Part shown: in pieces, positions 1 through 9,743 of the stretch | Layout of the letters: each line of letters starts with the position of its first letter | How positions within the stretch are numbered: position 1 is the stretch's first letter | Sequence record: OR620964.1 | Reading direction: 5' to 3' (one strand) | Length of the DNA stretch: 64,000 nt | Notes under the pieces: generated by a model | The model's input: only the letters and a program-made list of their open reading frames with translations | Database searches by the model: none | What the model was told of the DNA's origin: nothing | Translations under genes and position numbers: made by a program

Positions 1-8
1 CAGAAATG

Positions 9-34
9 AAAAAGGGCAGCCCGGAGGCCACCCT
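9..34 (-). terminator. Rho-independent terminator
   Basis: Minus strand GGGTGGCC-TCCG-GGCTGCCC followed by T6, just after the stop at 44. Confidence 0.85.
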
Positions 35-43
35 TTGTTTTCG

Positions 44-1186
44 TTACTTGCGACCTTTCGGTTTGATGCCATGGATATGTGCGCGCATCCCGCCGAAGTC
101 ATTAACAGAGAAATCTTTGTCCTCTTCTTCCCCAGCAGAGACTGCCCACTTACCAGTGTCACCTGTGTAGTATGGGCCATCAAAGGTAATGAACACATGC
201 GTGGATCCGACATGGCCGTCCATTTCCCACGGCTCACCTGGCTCTGACGTAAACGGTATTCCGTTATTGGAAATACCATACGTCAGAGCGTCTAAGCCAA
301 GCACTTGCATCAGTCTCTTGGTGAAAGTAACGCGCTGGGAATTGTTCATGCGACGTAGTTCAGTAATTTTATAGGTCTTAGGCATGTCAACAGCTTTGAC
401 TGCATTGAGGACTTTAGCCTTACCGATAACTGCTTTAACTTCTTTTGCTAGAGCTACCGCAGTTGGTTTACGCATGGGGCTACCAAACGCAAACTTGCCT
501 GCTTTCGTTCTGGCGCTGACTACCCAGTCCGAAGAAGATGAATACTCATTGAAGTAGAATGGGGGATCGATATAGACAGCCGTGTACTTGCTGTTTGGAT
601 TCGCAGATTCGAAATTCCAAACAGCAGACTGGCCATTGGCGTTTTCCACAGGCGTGCCAACAAACGTCATGCCAGTTGCGTCGGAGAGCTGTGCAGCAAT
701 GCTGTCGATCTGAGCTTTGCTTGCGAGGCCAATAAACTTAGGCGTGATGCTGGTAATCGTAACCTTTGGCAGAGGCGTCTGTTCATCTGTACGAGTGACG
801 GGCGCGGCTTTGACAGGAGCTTTGGTCTTAGCAGTAGGTGCAGATGCAATGCTTTGCGACATAGCTTTAGGTACTTTAATTCGACGTAGAGAATTAATCA
901 CCTGTACGATAGTTTTAGATGCAGCTAGATCGGCATATGCACTAACAATAGACGTGCCTGTCTTACTCTTAGCAAAAGTCATCACGACATCTTCTTTATT
1001 GCTACTCAAGAAATCAAACAGTGGATTAATCTTGGCTTCTGTGTTCAGCTCTTTTGCTTTGTGGAGAACTTCCAGCGTTGCAAGAATCTTAGCACCCTTT
1101 GTACCGAAGAATGCTTTTGCATTTGCCGTCTGTAACTTAGTTGCAGATTCGGAGGAAATTGTTTCTTTGAATTTTAAAATAGACAT
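44..1186 (-). CDS. Hypothetical protein, 380 aa; N-terminal ~100 aa paralogous to 61815..62624
   Basis: Long ORF with GGAG RBS; visible alignment FFGTKGAKIL...HKAKELN vs LFGKNGAAIV...NKVKEIN. Confidence 0.85.
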   Translation of the reverse strand: MSILKFKETISSESATKLQTANAKAFFGTKGAKILATLEVLHKAKELNTEAKINPLFDFLSSNKEDVVMTFAKSKTGTSIVSAYADLAASKTIVQVINSLRRIKVPKAMSQSIASAPTAKTKAPVKAAPVTRTDEQTPLPKVTITSITPKFIGLASKAQIDSIAAQLSDATGMTFVGTPVENANGQSAVWNFESANPNSKYTAVYIDPPFYFNEYSSSSDWVVSARTKAGKFAFGSPMRKPTAVALAKEVKAVIGKAKVLNAVKAVDMPKTYKITELRRMNNSQRVTFTKRLMQVLGLDALTYGISNNGIPFTSEPGEPWEMDGHVGSTHVFITFDGPYYTGDTGKWAVSAGEEEDKDFSVNDFGGMRAHIHGIKPKGRK

Positions 1187-1201
1187 TTATTGTACTCCAC
1201 C

Positions 1202-1807
1202 TTAGCGGTTCTGTTTCTTCACTTGGTTCCAGTCACGCTGCTTGCGACTGACATTTGTTGTATTTTGTTCTTGGCTTGACTGTAATACTACTTCATCTTC
1301 GTCTACATCCAAGGCAGAACCAGGTTCTCCCATAGCGCCAAGATCAGTACCGATATCACTATCGTTAGGGCCTAGCTCTACAGTTGAGGAGAATGGTTTC
1401 AGAGTAGACACTTGTTGCTGTGCATATACAGGCTCCGGTGCAATATTTAACTCAGGCTCGGGCTCTACTGCATGGATCGCCGCACACTCCTGAAAGACGT
1501 GAGCACGAACTAAACTACATGTTAAAAGTTCGCCCTTATCTTTAAGAATCTCAGCAGCTTTTTCTTCATCCCATCCAGACCAGACAATGCTAAGTCCTTT
1601 ATGTCCCCAGCTCATGCCTTTAGGCAGTTTACCGCGACCAGAGAATGGAAGACCATTAGTGGGAACCGCAGGCTCATAGGCATCAGTAGTTTCCCACAGA
1701 CGCTTTGCTTCAAAGCACTTCGGTCCCCACACACCGTCACACTTACCGTCATAGTAGCCCAATAGGGTCATTATGACTTGTTGCTGCTGGTAGAATTTGT
1801 TCAGCAT
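1202..1807 (-). CDS. Protein with N-terminal peptidoglycan-binding-like (PGBD) motif and acidic low-complexity tail
   Basis: QVIMTLLGYYDGKCDGVWGPKCFEA resembles the PG_binding_1 pattern Q..L..LGY..G..DG.FG..T..A; GAGG RBS. Confidence 0.6.
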   Translation of the reverse strand: MLNKFYQQQQVIMTLLGYYDGKCDGVWGPKCFEAKRLWETTDAYEPAVPTNGLPFSGRGKLPKGMSWGHKGLSIVWSGWDEEKAAEILKDKGELLTCSLVRAHVFQECAAIHAVEPEPELNIAPEPVYAQQQVSTLKPFSSTVELGPNDSDIGTDLGAMGEPGSALDVDEDEVVLQSSQEQNTTNVSRKQRDWNQVKKQNR

Positions 1808-1820
1808 ATAGGTTTTCCTC

Positions 1821-1846
1821 AGATAAGGGACCGAAGTCCCTTATCT
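1821..1846. terminator. Perfect 11-bp hairpin with TTCG loop on the minus strand; terminator or mRNA stabiliser
   Basis: agataagggac-cgaa-gtcccttatct between the SNF2 stop and the next RBS; no U-tract on the minus strand. Confidence 0.5.
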
Positions 1847-1857
1847 TGTTTACACTA

Positions 1858-4800
1858 TTATACGTCTTTCGACTTGGATTGAGAAACTTTGATCTTCTCT
1901 AAGCCTTTAACTACAGACTTCAGGTTGGTAACAGCATAACCTGCTTTGATGATCTTGTTGATAAGTGTCTTAGCCTTAGGCACAGATGACGTAAAGGTAA
2001 TCCACATACCAGCAGACTTCTCAAACGTACCGAACTTACGAGTGTTCGGAATTTTCTTACCTACAAAGGTACGCATTTGTGGGTTAGTGTTCAGGTCAAA
2101 CATGATACGCAGACGGTCTTCCATCACCATTGGATAAGCCTTAACGTGCTTCTTATCCATTGCTGTTTTGTGGCGAACCAAGAAGAATTGCTTCAACTGT
2201 GATTGCAACTTAACAGCCTGACGATAGTTGAAACTCATCATACCTTTATCGGAGAAGCCATCTTGGATGAACTCAAGGCGTTTCAGTGATGGGTTATCAA
2301 ACTCATACTTCTTCTCTACATAGTCTAAGAACTTGGTGAAGTCTGCATAGTAGAAGCAATCGTAATAAACGTAATCACCGAACTCCACGAAGTCAAACTC
2401 TTTCATGGCTTTCGCATCAGGGTCTGTAGCATCCGCGTACAACGCAATAAAGCCGTTGTATATAGTAGGAGTCAGATCCAATGCCATATCGGCGCCACCA
2501 GTATCTTCCGTAGCTTTAGGCTTAGTGCTACGGCGAACTGTGTTATCCAATGGAGGCAATGCTTTAGATACCTTGCGCACTTTGGCAGCGGCTTCTTTAA
2601 CACCGTCGTTCGCTGGCTTACCTTCTTTCTTATTGACAGCACGTTTAGCAGCACGGGCAGCTTCGCGTTCTGTTTGCGCCACTTTGACACGAGTATCAGC
2701 AGTGGTAGAAGTTTCGATTTCGTCTTCAATAGAGTCATCAACAGATACTTTGGTTGTCTCTGTATCGATACGCTTACGATCCTGCTCGGTTGCCCAAGGC
2801 TTACGGACTTTGAAGAACTGATCCAGATCAGCTTTACCTACTTTCCCAGCAACGTGCACCTTAGTAGCAGGGATAGAGATTAACTCTTCTGTTCCAGCCA
2901 TACGAACTCGAACTGTACTGATTGGCGCGTCTACTTTCAACTTGCCATTCACCATACGAACGTTAATGCCTACGATAATACCATTACCAAACTCAGTCAC
3001 AACAGGCATACGATGAAGTGCGTTCTTTAACATTTCACCATCAGAGAAGTTGTGATTACGTGCCCAATCCAACAGTCGAACAAGTCCCCAGCCATGACGG
3101 TCTGGAATGTGCTGGTTAGCAACAACAGGGAACTGGTCAATCGTTTTGAATGAACGCAATGGCGCCACAGGAGTCAATGGTATCATAGCAGCCACAGTAG
3201 ACTTACGCATTTCTGCGAACTCTGAGGTCTCAATGTCATTCAAGTCACGCTTGGCGAGGAAGTAGTCTTGGAAGTCTTCGATGGTATTATTATCCACCAG
3301 CAGACTCTTACTCATCTTGATTGGTTGCAGTTCGTATTCATCGAGTTTGGCATAACGATCATTGCCCTTCTCGTCGAATTGCGTCTTCTCAATTGTCTTC
3401 CACATCAGTCGTGCAACTTTACCAACTTCCAGAGTCTTGTTGGTCATGATCCAGTCGATGAATACCAGTTCACGTTTCATATCACCCGGACGACCATCTT
3501 CATCCAGTTTTGCAGCAGATACATCTGGACGGAAGATACGCGCAGTAGACTGGTCATAAACACCTGGTGACCAAGGAGTATCTACACGAATAATACGACT
3601 ACCCATCTGCATGTTATGGCCTTCACTAATTGCTTGCTCGTTTGCAATCAAGATCTGAACATTTGGGTTCGTCTTAAACGCATCAAGGTTAGCAACTTTA
3701 TCTTGGCCTAACTTACCGACTTCGCCATGGAACAGCACAGCAACTTTCTTGTACTGGTCAGGCAGGGCATTATACACGGCGTTAGCAGCACGGGTATATC
3801 GGGTGAACACAATCAGCTTACCCTGTATTTCTTCTTTCCAGTAATCAGGATCTTCTGGTGGTGGAGTCATGGACGGAGGAAGGTCAAGACGTTTATAGCC
3901 ATCTGACTGCTTACGTGCCATGTACTTGATACCGTTATACATAGCGATATCATACTCACGAGGCGTTACGCCAGGCTTCCACTGGAAAATCTGGTGGGAA
4001 CGTTCTTCGTTATCACGCTCTGACTGTACTTCGAAGTGCTTACGGATACGATCAATAACAGTCAGAACTTTAACAGAGGTGAATTCTTTTACCCCAGCCT
4101 GTTCGAATGTCTCACGCGCTACGTCATCACCCATAGGGTCAGTCAAAAGCATTTCGATACGCTGGAAATACATATTCAGGTCAGCATTGGATGCCAACAG
4201 GCTACCCAGCACATCACCTTCTTCCAACTCATCTTCATCTATATCAGACTCTGCATCATCCTTAGATGAGGAATCATCGTCATCGTCATCACCACTAGAT
4301 TTCTTCTTAGTGTCTTTGGCTGCCTGATCCAACAGTTCTAACATTTCCTTATACATAGCATCATAAACTTGCTGGTGTAGTTCGGAGTTAGGAACAGATG
4401 GATCAGAAATATCAACCGATAAGAACGTATCAATTGGGTTCGGTAACATGAATGCCCAGTTTTTACGCTTATAGCTAATGAATGCTGTATGGTTAGACAG
4501 ACGCGCATGAGCACGACGAATCATAGCCAGACGGCCATCACCCTGATCTGCGATATCCAAGTTATCACCGAAGATAGCTGGTGTTAACAGAGCGGCTTGC
4601 CCAACAACGTCAGATACCAAGTCAGTAACCAATGTACCTGTAGCAAGACGTGCATAACGAATAGACGGAGCAGTGAAGATCGATTTCGTATTGAAGTGAA
4701 CAGCAGAACCAGACTGGCCACCTTGATAGTTCTTAACCTTGTGGCTCTCATCCAGCAGTACATAGCTGAAATTGAAGCGGTTGATAAACTCAACTGCACC

Positions 4801-7800
4801 ACGAATACGAACACGCACACCACCAACGTCAATGTTCATAACAGCATTAGCCAAGAAGCTAAGGCCAGCAACAAAGATAGTGTTCAACGGGGCTTGAGTG
4901 ATAACATCGTACAGACGTTCTTCACCCCAAGTGTTCACTGTATCAGAAGTGATAGGAATAGCATTCCAACCATTCATGATCTTATGCAGGTCATCACACC
5001 AGTTAGCAACAAGGTTTGTAGGACACAGAATCAGAGGACGAATGTTCTCTTCTCCAAGCTCCTCAAGCTCTTGCATCATGGCTGCGATATCAGTCAGACC
5101 AAGGATAGTGTTGTGAGACAGATAACCTTCTGCGTGATAGGTATGCGGACCTGGAACAGAAAGGTCGTACACCCACTTCAAGCCACTTCCATTAACAACA
5201 CGGTCTACCGGTATCCATACTTTGGTCGCAGACTCTTTGATAGCTAACCAGTCACTTTCAACTTCCTGCATAACCGCTTCATACACTTCTGCTCCATAAA
5301 GAGAACAGATAGCATTAAGCATACTGTCAAGTAGCTGGACTTTGTAGTTAGTGAGAACGTTATTCTCACAGTACAGATGGTCGAATCGCTTATTCATGCC
5401 TTTGCGCAGAACATCTTTGAGCGAACACACGCCTGTTGTCTTACGGCCAGTTTCACCTAAACGTAAATACGTATGTCGTGTCAGCGCAGTTGCGATACGG
5501 TCCAGAATTTTATTCGTCAAGTCACCTAAAGGCTTCTTGTTGAAAGGTCCGTGTACAGTACGATTAGTATCCTGCAACATAGTGCTACGAGATTCAGAGT
5601 AGGCAATACCTGCATCCAGTTGACCACGTTTGTGTGCAGATACAAAGCCTACACAGTCGCGGAACATTCTCATGTTCTCTTCGTGTTCCCACAAACCAAG
5701 CACGTAAGCAGTCACTGGTCGTTTTGCTTCTGTGTTGGTAGCATGTTTAATCTTCTTGGTAATAGAGCAATAGATGCCCATATTGTCCAGCAGAGATTTA
5801 ACATCGTACACGAGTTTCTTGCTGATCGAGCAATACGACCCGCGAAGACGACTGCCATTAGAACTTTCGGACAGTCTAATAGAGCCATCACCTTCGAACA
5901 TGGTGGCTAAGAAAGCAGACTGATAAATCTTAGGTGCACGTTTGATGCACTTAGGAATAACATGATCAGCCGATTTAGGATAGCCTATTAACTGATGCAG
6001 CCAATAACCAACAACACGGTGATTACGAACAGCATTAACACGTTCGTCAGAGTAAAGTGTCTCAGGCACATAACCAAACACTTTCTCATATAGAGAAGAA
6101 ACGTTAGCCAAAACGTCAGGACAATCGTTGCTTACAGAACACATACCGTTCGGACCGCAGTTACCTTCCGATACTACGTAACCTAAGAAGGCAGCCAGTT
6201 CTACCGTCATACGTGTAGGCAACTTACCGCCTAAGGCACGGAAGTCCTCAACAGTGCGCTCAAGCATGTTATGGTCGTTCATTAGCTGACGACTATCAAA
6301 CTGAGGAACAGTTGTAGCGTAAAGGTTAGCGCCTACAGTTTTCTGCAAATACATACCAACACGCATCTCATCCATGCGCAGGAACTTCTCTTTCCCGCTA
6401 GTAGGATCGATTGTCCAGAAACGGTGTTCGTTCAACGCATCCAGAATAGTGCCATCGTGCAGCTCAACTTTAGTGCTGGTAGTTGCTTTGCGTCGATACA
6501 CATAGTCCGTAGTGCGCTTACCGTTGTCGGTCATCACTGAGACAGCAAGGGGTCGAAGTTTGCCGCGAGTCTGATCGAAATCGTGGTCTAGAATCTCGTT
6601 CGCACTATCGCCCTCAGACCACAACTCACCTAAGTTAAGAACTCCTAGGTCTGTCGAAATTCGAGTGGTTTTGGTCTGACACTTGCCGCCGCCTGGGGCT
6701 ATAAACAGAACAGCATACTTAGGACGACGACGCAACGTTTGGTGAGCACCCAACTGGTGAGGCATTAACGCAGTACCTTCTTTCAGCCCTGGGATACGAA
6801 TATCGTCAGCACTAATTGAAGTATCAGGTTTCAGTCTCTCAACTTCTTCCTCCGCAGCAGCGAAGATCTCCATGCTACGTGGGATTACGCGAGAGAACAG
6901 CGCACAGAACGGAAGAACGATTTGTTGCACACGCACAGCAGAGGGTGCAGCCGCAGATGCAGCAAGAGAACTGAATACCTTCTTACGATCTGCTTCAAGC
7001 ATAGCAGTACATGCTTGACGGAACACAGCACCACCGAAGTAGTTAGCAAGTTGTCCCATGTTAGCCAGAGTAGATGTCTTACCCATACGGAAATAATGCG
7101 TATGGTTCTCCATTGACTCAGCAGCAGCTTGAACACTACCAAGCTCACGCATAAGGCTTGCGTTCAGGTTAGATCCACGGAAGCCACCAGCATCATTCAG
7201 TGTACGAATCATCGAACGCATTAGCACTTGACTTACAGGGAGTGCTTCTGCAACTGTGAAGTCATTTTCAATAATGCCTGCATACAGATTGTTGTCATAC
7301 TCACTATCAGACAGGTTAGAATCAGGCCCATCGTATCCCATGTCTTTACGTGCATTAGACATCAGAGTTTTTACATCAGGCACAAGTTTCTGATCAAACA
7401 TGTACTGGTAGGTTGCACATACCTGAGACAAGATAGTAAGTAAGTCACCTGAGCCATCAACTTTCTCAAGCGTAACAGATCCTTTACCATCAACAGATGA
7501 GATAAGACGACCGTTACCTGCTTCACCTTTAGCGGAAGTCACATAAAGCTCATCAGCAAGTTCATAGCTTTTCTGGAACAGCCCGTTACCTGCCATCGAC
7601 GTAATAACAGTAGTAACATCACGGAAGTTAGGAGATTCACCAGGCTCTGCAAAATCATAACCTAAGATATCAGCATTATCCAGTGCGGTTGGAGCCTTAG
7701 CACCAACAGTACGTGTAGACGTTACTTTGATACCACCACCGCTTGACGTATTCACAAGCATTGCGAAGTCAGGGTCAACGCCGATGCAGATGTTACTGAA

Positions 7801-9234
7801 ACGAGATAAGGATTTAGCAGTACCTTGCATTTCCTGATCGATATCCAGATTCTCTTCACGGGCAACAAACAGACTTGAACGAAGTGTATCATGCTCGGTG
7901 GATAATGGAATACCACGGTCGAACAGAGTTTCAAGTACACCATTTAGTGTATGCTCATACTCTTTGACCATTTCAACATCAATGTCATCACGCTTAGGCA
8001 AGCAAGCCATTGTACCGTTAGGCATAATGGTAAGCTCATCTGGCCCAGCAAATGTCTCATGCACTGCATAGCCAAACTTCTCACGTAACTGCTTAAGCAT
8101 AGGCAGAACAGTTGCAGAAGTAACATAACGTGGGATGTTAGCACGACGGTTAACACCAGAGCGGGAAGAGCCGCTAACACGCATGTAGTATTCGCCCCAG
8201 GATTGGAACCAACGATAGAGACACATCAAACTAAGGTCTGTGCTACCTTGGCAGATATACTCAACGAATTCCTTTTGTAGGCTTAATACAATGCCGCCTT
8301 CCACACGGACGTCTACTGCTTTTGAAACGTCATTGATTTCAACAGGTACATCTTTACCAATCTTAAGCGCTTGGAGTTTACGATCAAGTAACTGCTTAGA
8401 GGGAACAGAACGCAGACCAAACGAGAAGAAGTCGCCTAATTGTTCAGCGCTCGCTTTATCGAAGTTCTCAAACAGGTTGATCTCAACACGATTCAGTGAT
8501 GGATGGATAGATTGCAGAACGTTATTGAGAGCCTGCCAGTTAAAGTCCAGCGGGATACGAACCATCTTAGCAGCAAACAGATTTGTTTTACCACGAGGCT
8601 GACCGAAGATTGCTTCGTGAATCTGATTGGCAGCGCGAATAGCATTCTGTGCAATATCAGCAGAGTACACAGTGACTTTCATCTTCTCAAAGTCACTACC
8701 TGCTTCCATACGTGGGCGATTGTCACCCTGATCATTCAGTATGTTAAAGTTACCGAACAATGCAGCACTGGATGCAGCACAGGGTGTGCCGGACATGATG
8801 ATATCTTTACCACCATTATACTTACCGCTATTCTCGACGATGATACCAGCAGTGTTACTCATATTGGCACCGAGTAACGCTTTAACTTCTTTCATCATCT
8901 TACCGTCTGCCAGTGTAGCTTCAATCAAGCCAACACGGGATTGCAGTAACGTTTCGAAACGACGTGCGAACTGAGGCTCATCTACTTCCAGAATATCCTC
9001 TAGCTCAGGTGTATTTGCCAGAATCCAGCAAATGATATCAAAACAAGCTGTTACACGAGCAACAGTTCGTGCTTGAAACAAGCCCATCTTTTCAAATACC
9101 CAACGGCCTTTACCTGCTGGATAGATAGATTCAAGTTTCTTCTCTAACTCAGTGGGTAGGCTGTGGATACTCAACGCAGATTGAATAGACTCAACAATCT
9201 CAGCGCTGCCAGTCTTTGAAGTGCTGATTAACAT
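1858..9234 (-). CDS. Large SNF2/SWI2-family SF2 ATPase precursor containing one intein (~1934 aa after splicing)
   Basis: Walker A APGGGK/T split by the intein; motif II LLDESHKVKN; III LATGT; IV KLIVFTRY; V-VI ISEGHNMQ...DTPWSPGVYDQSTARIFR. Confidence 0.9.
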   Translation of the reverse strand: MLISTSKTGSAEIVESIQSALSIHSLPTELEKKLESIYPAGKGRWVFEKMGLFQARTVARVTACFDIICWILANTPELEDILEVDEPQFARRFETLLQSRVGLIEATLADGKMMKEVKALLGANMSNTAGIIVENSGKYNGGKDIIMSGTPCAASSAALFGNFNILNDQGDNRPRMEAGSDFEKMKVTVYSADIAQNAIRAANQIHEAIFGQPRGKTNLFAAKMVRIPLDFNWQALNNVLQSIHPSLNRVEINLFENFDKASAEQLGDFFSFGLRSVPSKQLLDRKLQALKIGKDVPVEINDVSKAVDVRVEGGIVLSLQKEFVEYICQGSTDLSLMCLYRWFQSWGEYYMRVSGSSRSGVNRRANIPRYVTSATVLPMLKQLREKFGYAVHETFAGPDELTIMPNGTMACLPKRDDIDVEMVKEYEHTLNGVLETLFDRGIPLSTEHDTLRSSLFVAREENLDIDQEMQGTAKSLSRFSNICIGVDPDFAMLVNTSSGGGIKVTSTRTVGAKAPTALDNADILGYDFAEPGESPNFRDVTTVITSMAGNGLFQKSYELADELYVTSAKGEAGNGRLISSVDGKGSVTLEKVDGSGDLLTILSQVCATYQYMFDQKLVPDVKTLMSNARKDMGYDGPDSNLSDSEYDNNLYAGIIENDFTVAEALPVSQVLMRSMIRTLNDAGGFRGSNLNASLMRELGSVQAAAESMENHTHYFRMGKTSTLANMGQLANYFGGAVFRQACTAMLEADRKKVFSSLAASAAAPSAVRVQQIVLPFCALFSRVIPRSMEIFAAAEEEVERLKPDTSISADDIRIPGLKEGTALMPHQLGAHQTLRRRPKYAVLFIAPGGGKCQTKTTRISTDLGVLNLGELWSEGDSANEILDHDFDQTRGKLRPLAVSVMTDNGKRTTDYVYRRKATTSTKVELHDGTILDALNEHRFWTIDPTSGKEKFLRMDEMRVGMYLQKTVGANLYATTVPQFDSRQLMNDHNMLERTVEDFRALGGKLPTRMTVELAAFLGYVVSEGNCGPNGMCSVSNDCPDVLANVSSLYEKVFGYVPETLYSDERVNAVRNHRVVGYWLHQLIGYPKSADHVIPKCIKRAPKIYQSAFLATMFEGDGSIRLSESSNGSRLRGSYCSISKKLVYDVKSLLDNMGIYCSITKKIKHATNTEAKRPVTAYVLGLWEHEENMRMFRDCVGFVSAHKRGQLDAGIAYSESRSTMLQDTNRTVHGPFNKKPLGDLTNKILDRIATALTRHTYLRLGETGRKTTGVCSLKDVLRKGMNKRFDHLYCENNVLTNYKVQLLDSMLNAICSLYGAEVYEAVMQEVESDWLAIKESATKVWIPVDRVVNGSGLKWVYDLSVPGPHTYHAEGYLSHNTILGLTDIAAMMQELEELGEENIRPLILCPTNLVANWCDDLHKIMNGWNAIPITSDTVNTWGEERLYDVITQAPLNTIFVAGLSFLANAVMNIDVGGVRVRIRGAVEFINRFNFSYVLLDESHKVKNYQGGQSGSAVHFNTKSIFTAPSIRYARLATGTLVTDLVSDVVGQAALLTPAIFGDNLDIADQGDGRLAMIRRAHARLSNHTAFISYKRKNWAFMLPNPIDTFLSVDISDPSVPNSELHQQVYDAMYKEMLELLDQAAKDTKKKSSGDDDDDDSSSKDDAESDIDEDELEEGDVLGSLLASNADLNMYFQRIEMLLTDPMGDDVARETFEQAGVKEFTSVKVLTVIDRIRKHFEVQSERDNEERSHQIFQWKPGVTPREYDIAMYNGIKYMARKQSDGYKRLDLPPSMTPPPEDPDYWKEEIQGKLIVFTRYTRAANAVYNALPDQYKKVAVLFHGEVGKLGQDKVANLDAFKTNPNVQILIANEQAISEGHNMQMGSRIIRVDTPWSPGVYDQSTARIFRPDVSAAKLDEDGRPGDMKRELVFIDWIMTNKTLEVGKVARLMWKTIEKTQFDEKGNDRYAKLDEYELQPIKMSKSLLVDNNTIEDFQDYFLAKRDLNDIETSEFAEMRKSTVAAMIPLTPVAPLRSFKTIDQFPVVANQHIPDRHGWGLVRLLDWARNHNFSDGEMLKNALHRMPVVTEFGNGIIVGINVRMVNGKLKVDAPISTVRVRMAGTEELISIPATKVHVAGKVGKADLDQFFKVRKPWATEQDRKRIDTETTKVSVDDSIEDEIETSTTADTRVKVAQTEREAARAAKRAVNKKEGKPANDGVKEAAAKVRKVSKALPPLDNTVRRSTKPKATEDTGGADMALDLTPTIYNGFIALYADATDPDAKAMKEFDFVEFGDYVYYDCFYYADFTKFLDYVEKKYEFDNPSLKRLEFIQDGFSDKGMMSFNYRQAVKLQSQLKQFFLVRHKTAMDKKHVKAYPMVMEDRLRIMFDLNTNPQMRTFVGKKIPNTRKFGTFEKSAGMWITFTSSVPKAKTLINKIIKAGYAVTNLKSVVKGLEKIKVSQSKSKDV
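5110..6681 (-). mobile_element. Intein with LAGLIDADG homing endonuclease, 524 aa, in the SNF2 P-loop
   Basis: Starts Cys (CQTKTTRI), ends His-Asn (YLSHN), +1 Thr; endonuclease blocks LGYVVSEGN and FLATMFEGDGS; YDLSVPGPHTY block F. Confidence 0.93.
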
Positions 9235-9734
9235 TATTCGCCACCCAGTTTTCCGTGGTTATCAATGATTGTCTGCCACAGTGGAGGTGGAGACAGCTTG
9301 CGATCTACAGCAAGGTCAAGTAATGCTATTGCCAAACCTTGACGCTGAATAGGGTTCAGTGGAGAAAACACATCAACATTACTCAGGTCTGTGATTTCTG
9401 CGCCACTGGCAAGAGCATATTGCGAACGATACTTGGTGATATAGTCCAGCAACATTCCATCTTCTGCAATATCATCATTCTTGAGTGCAAGCGTATATCC
9501 AATTGTACGGGCAAGCACATCAATAATACGAAGTAAATCACTCTGCTCATAGGCAACAATATCAGGAACGGCAGAGGCTCCCATCAAAGCCAGAACAGAA
9601 TCAGGTAACGTGATAGCCTCACGTTCGGCACTCAAGGACTTTTGTAGTTCACCAGCGACAGCCGAGTAGCTCTTATTCGACTGCGATAGTTCAACCAAAA
9701 GTCCAGAGAGTTTGTCTGTCATTTGTTTAGACAC
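9234..9734 (-). CDS. Hypothetical protein, 166 aa
   Basis: GTG start with GGAG RBS; its TAA overlaps the SNF2 ATG (TAATG). Confidence 0.8.
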   Translation of the reverse strand: MSKQMTDKLSGLLVELSQSNKSYSAVAGELQKSLSAEREAITLPDSVLALMGASAVPDIVAYEQSDLLRIIDVLARTIGYTLALKNDDIAEDGMLLDYITKYRSQYALASGAEITDLSNVDVFSPLNPIQRQGLAIALLDLAVDRKLSPPPLWQTIIDNHGKLGGE

Positions 9735-9743
9735 TCTGATCTC

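Noticed and set aside
717-1205. Long antisense ORFs in the track (717..1205, 2405..2821, 4597..5247, 16767..17165, 16777..17172, 27457..28176, 44520..45122, 55690..56217, 61868..62350 and similar)
   Set aside because: They are shadows of real genes on the opposite strand; they have no RBS, and their Phe/Leu/Ser-rich composition mirrors Lys/Glu codons
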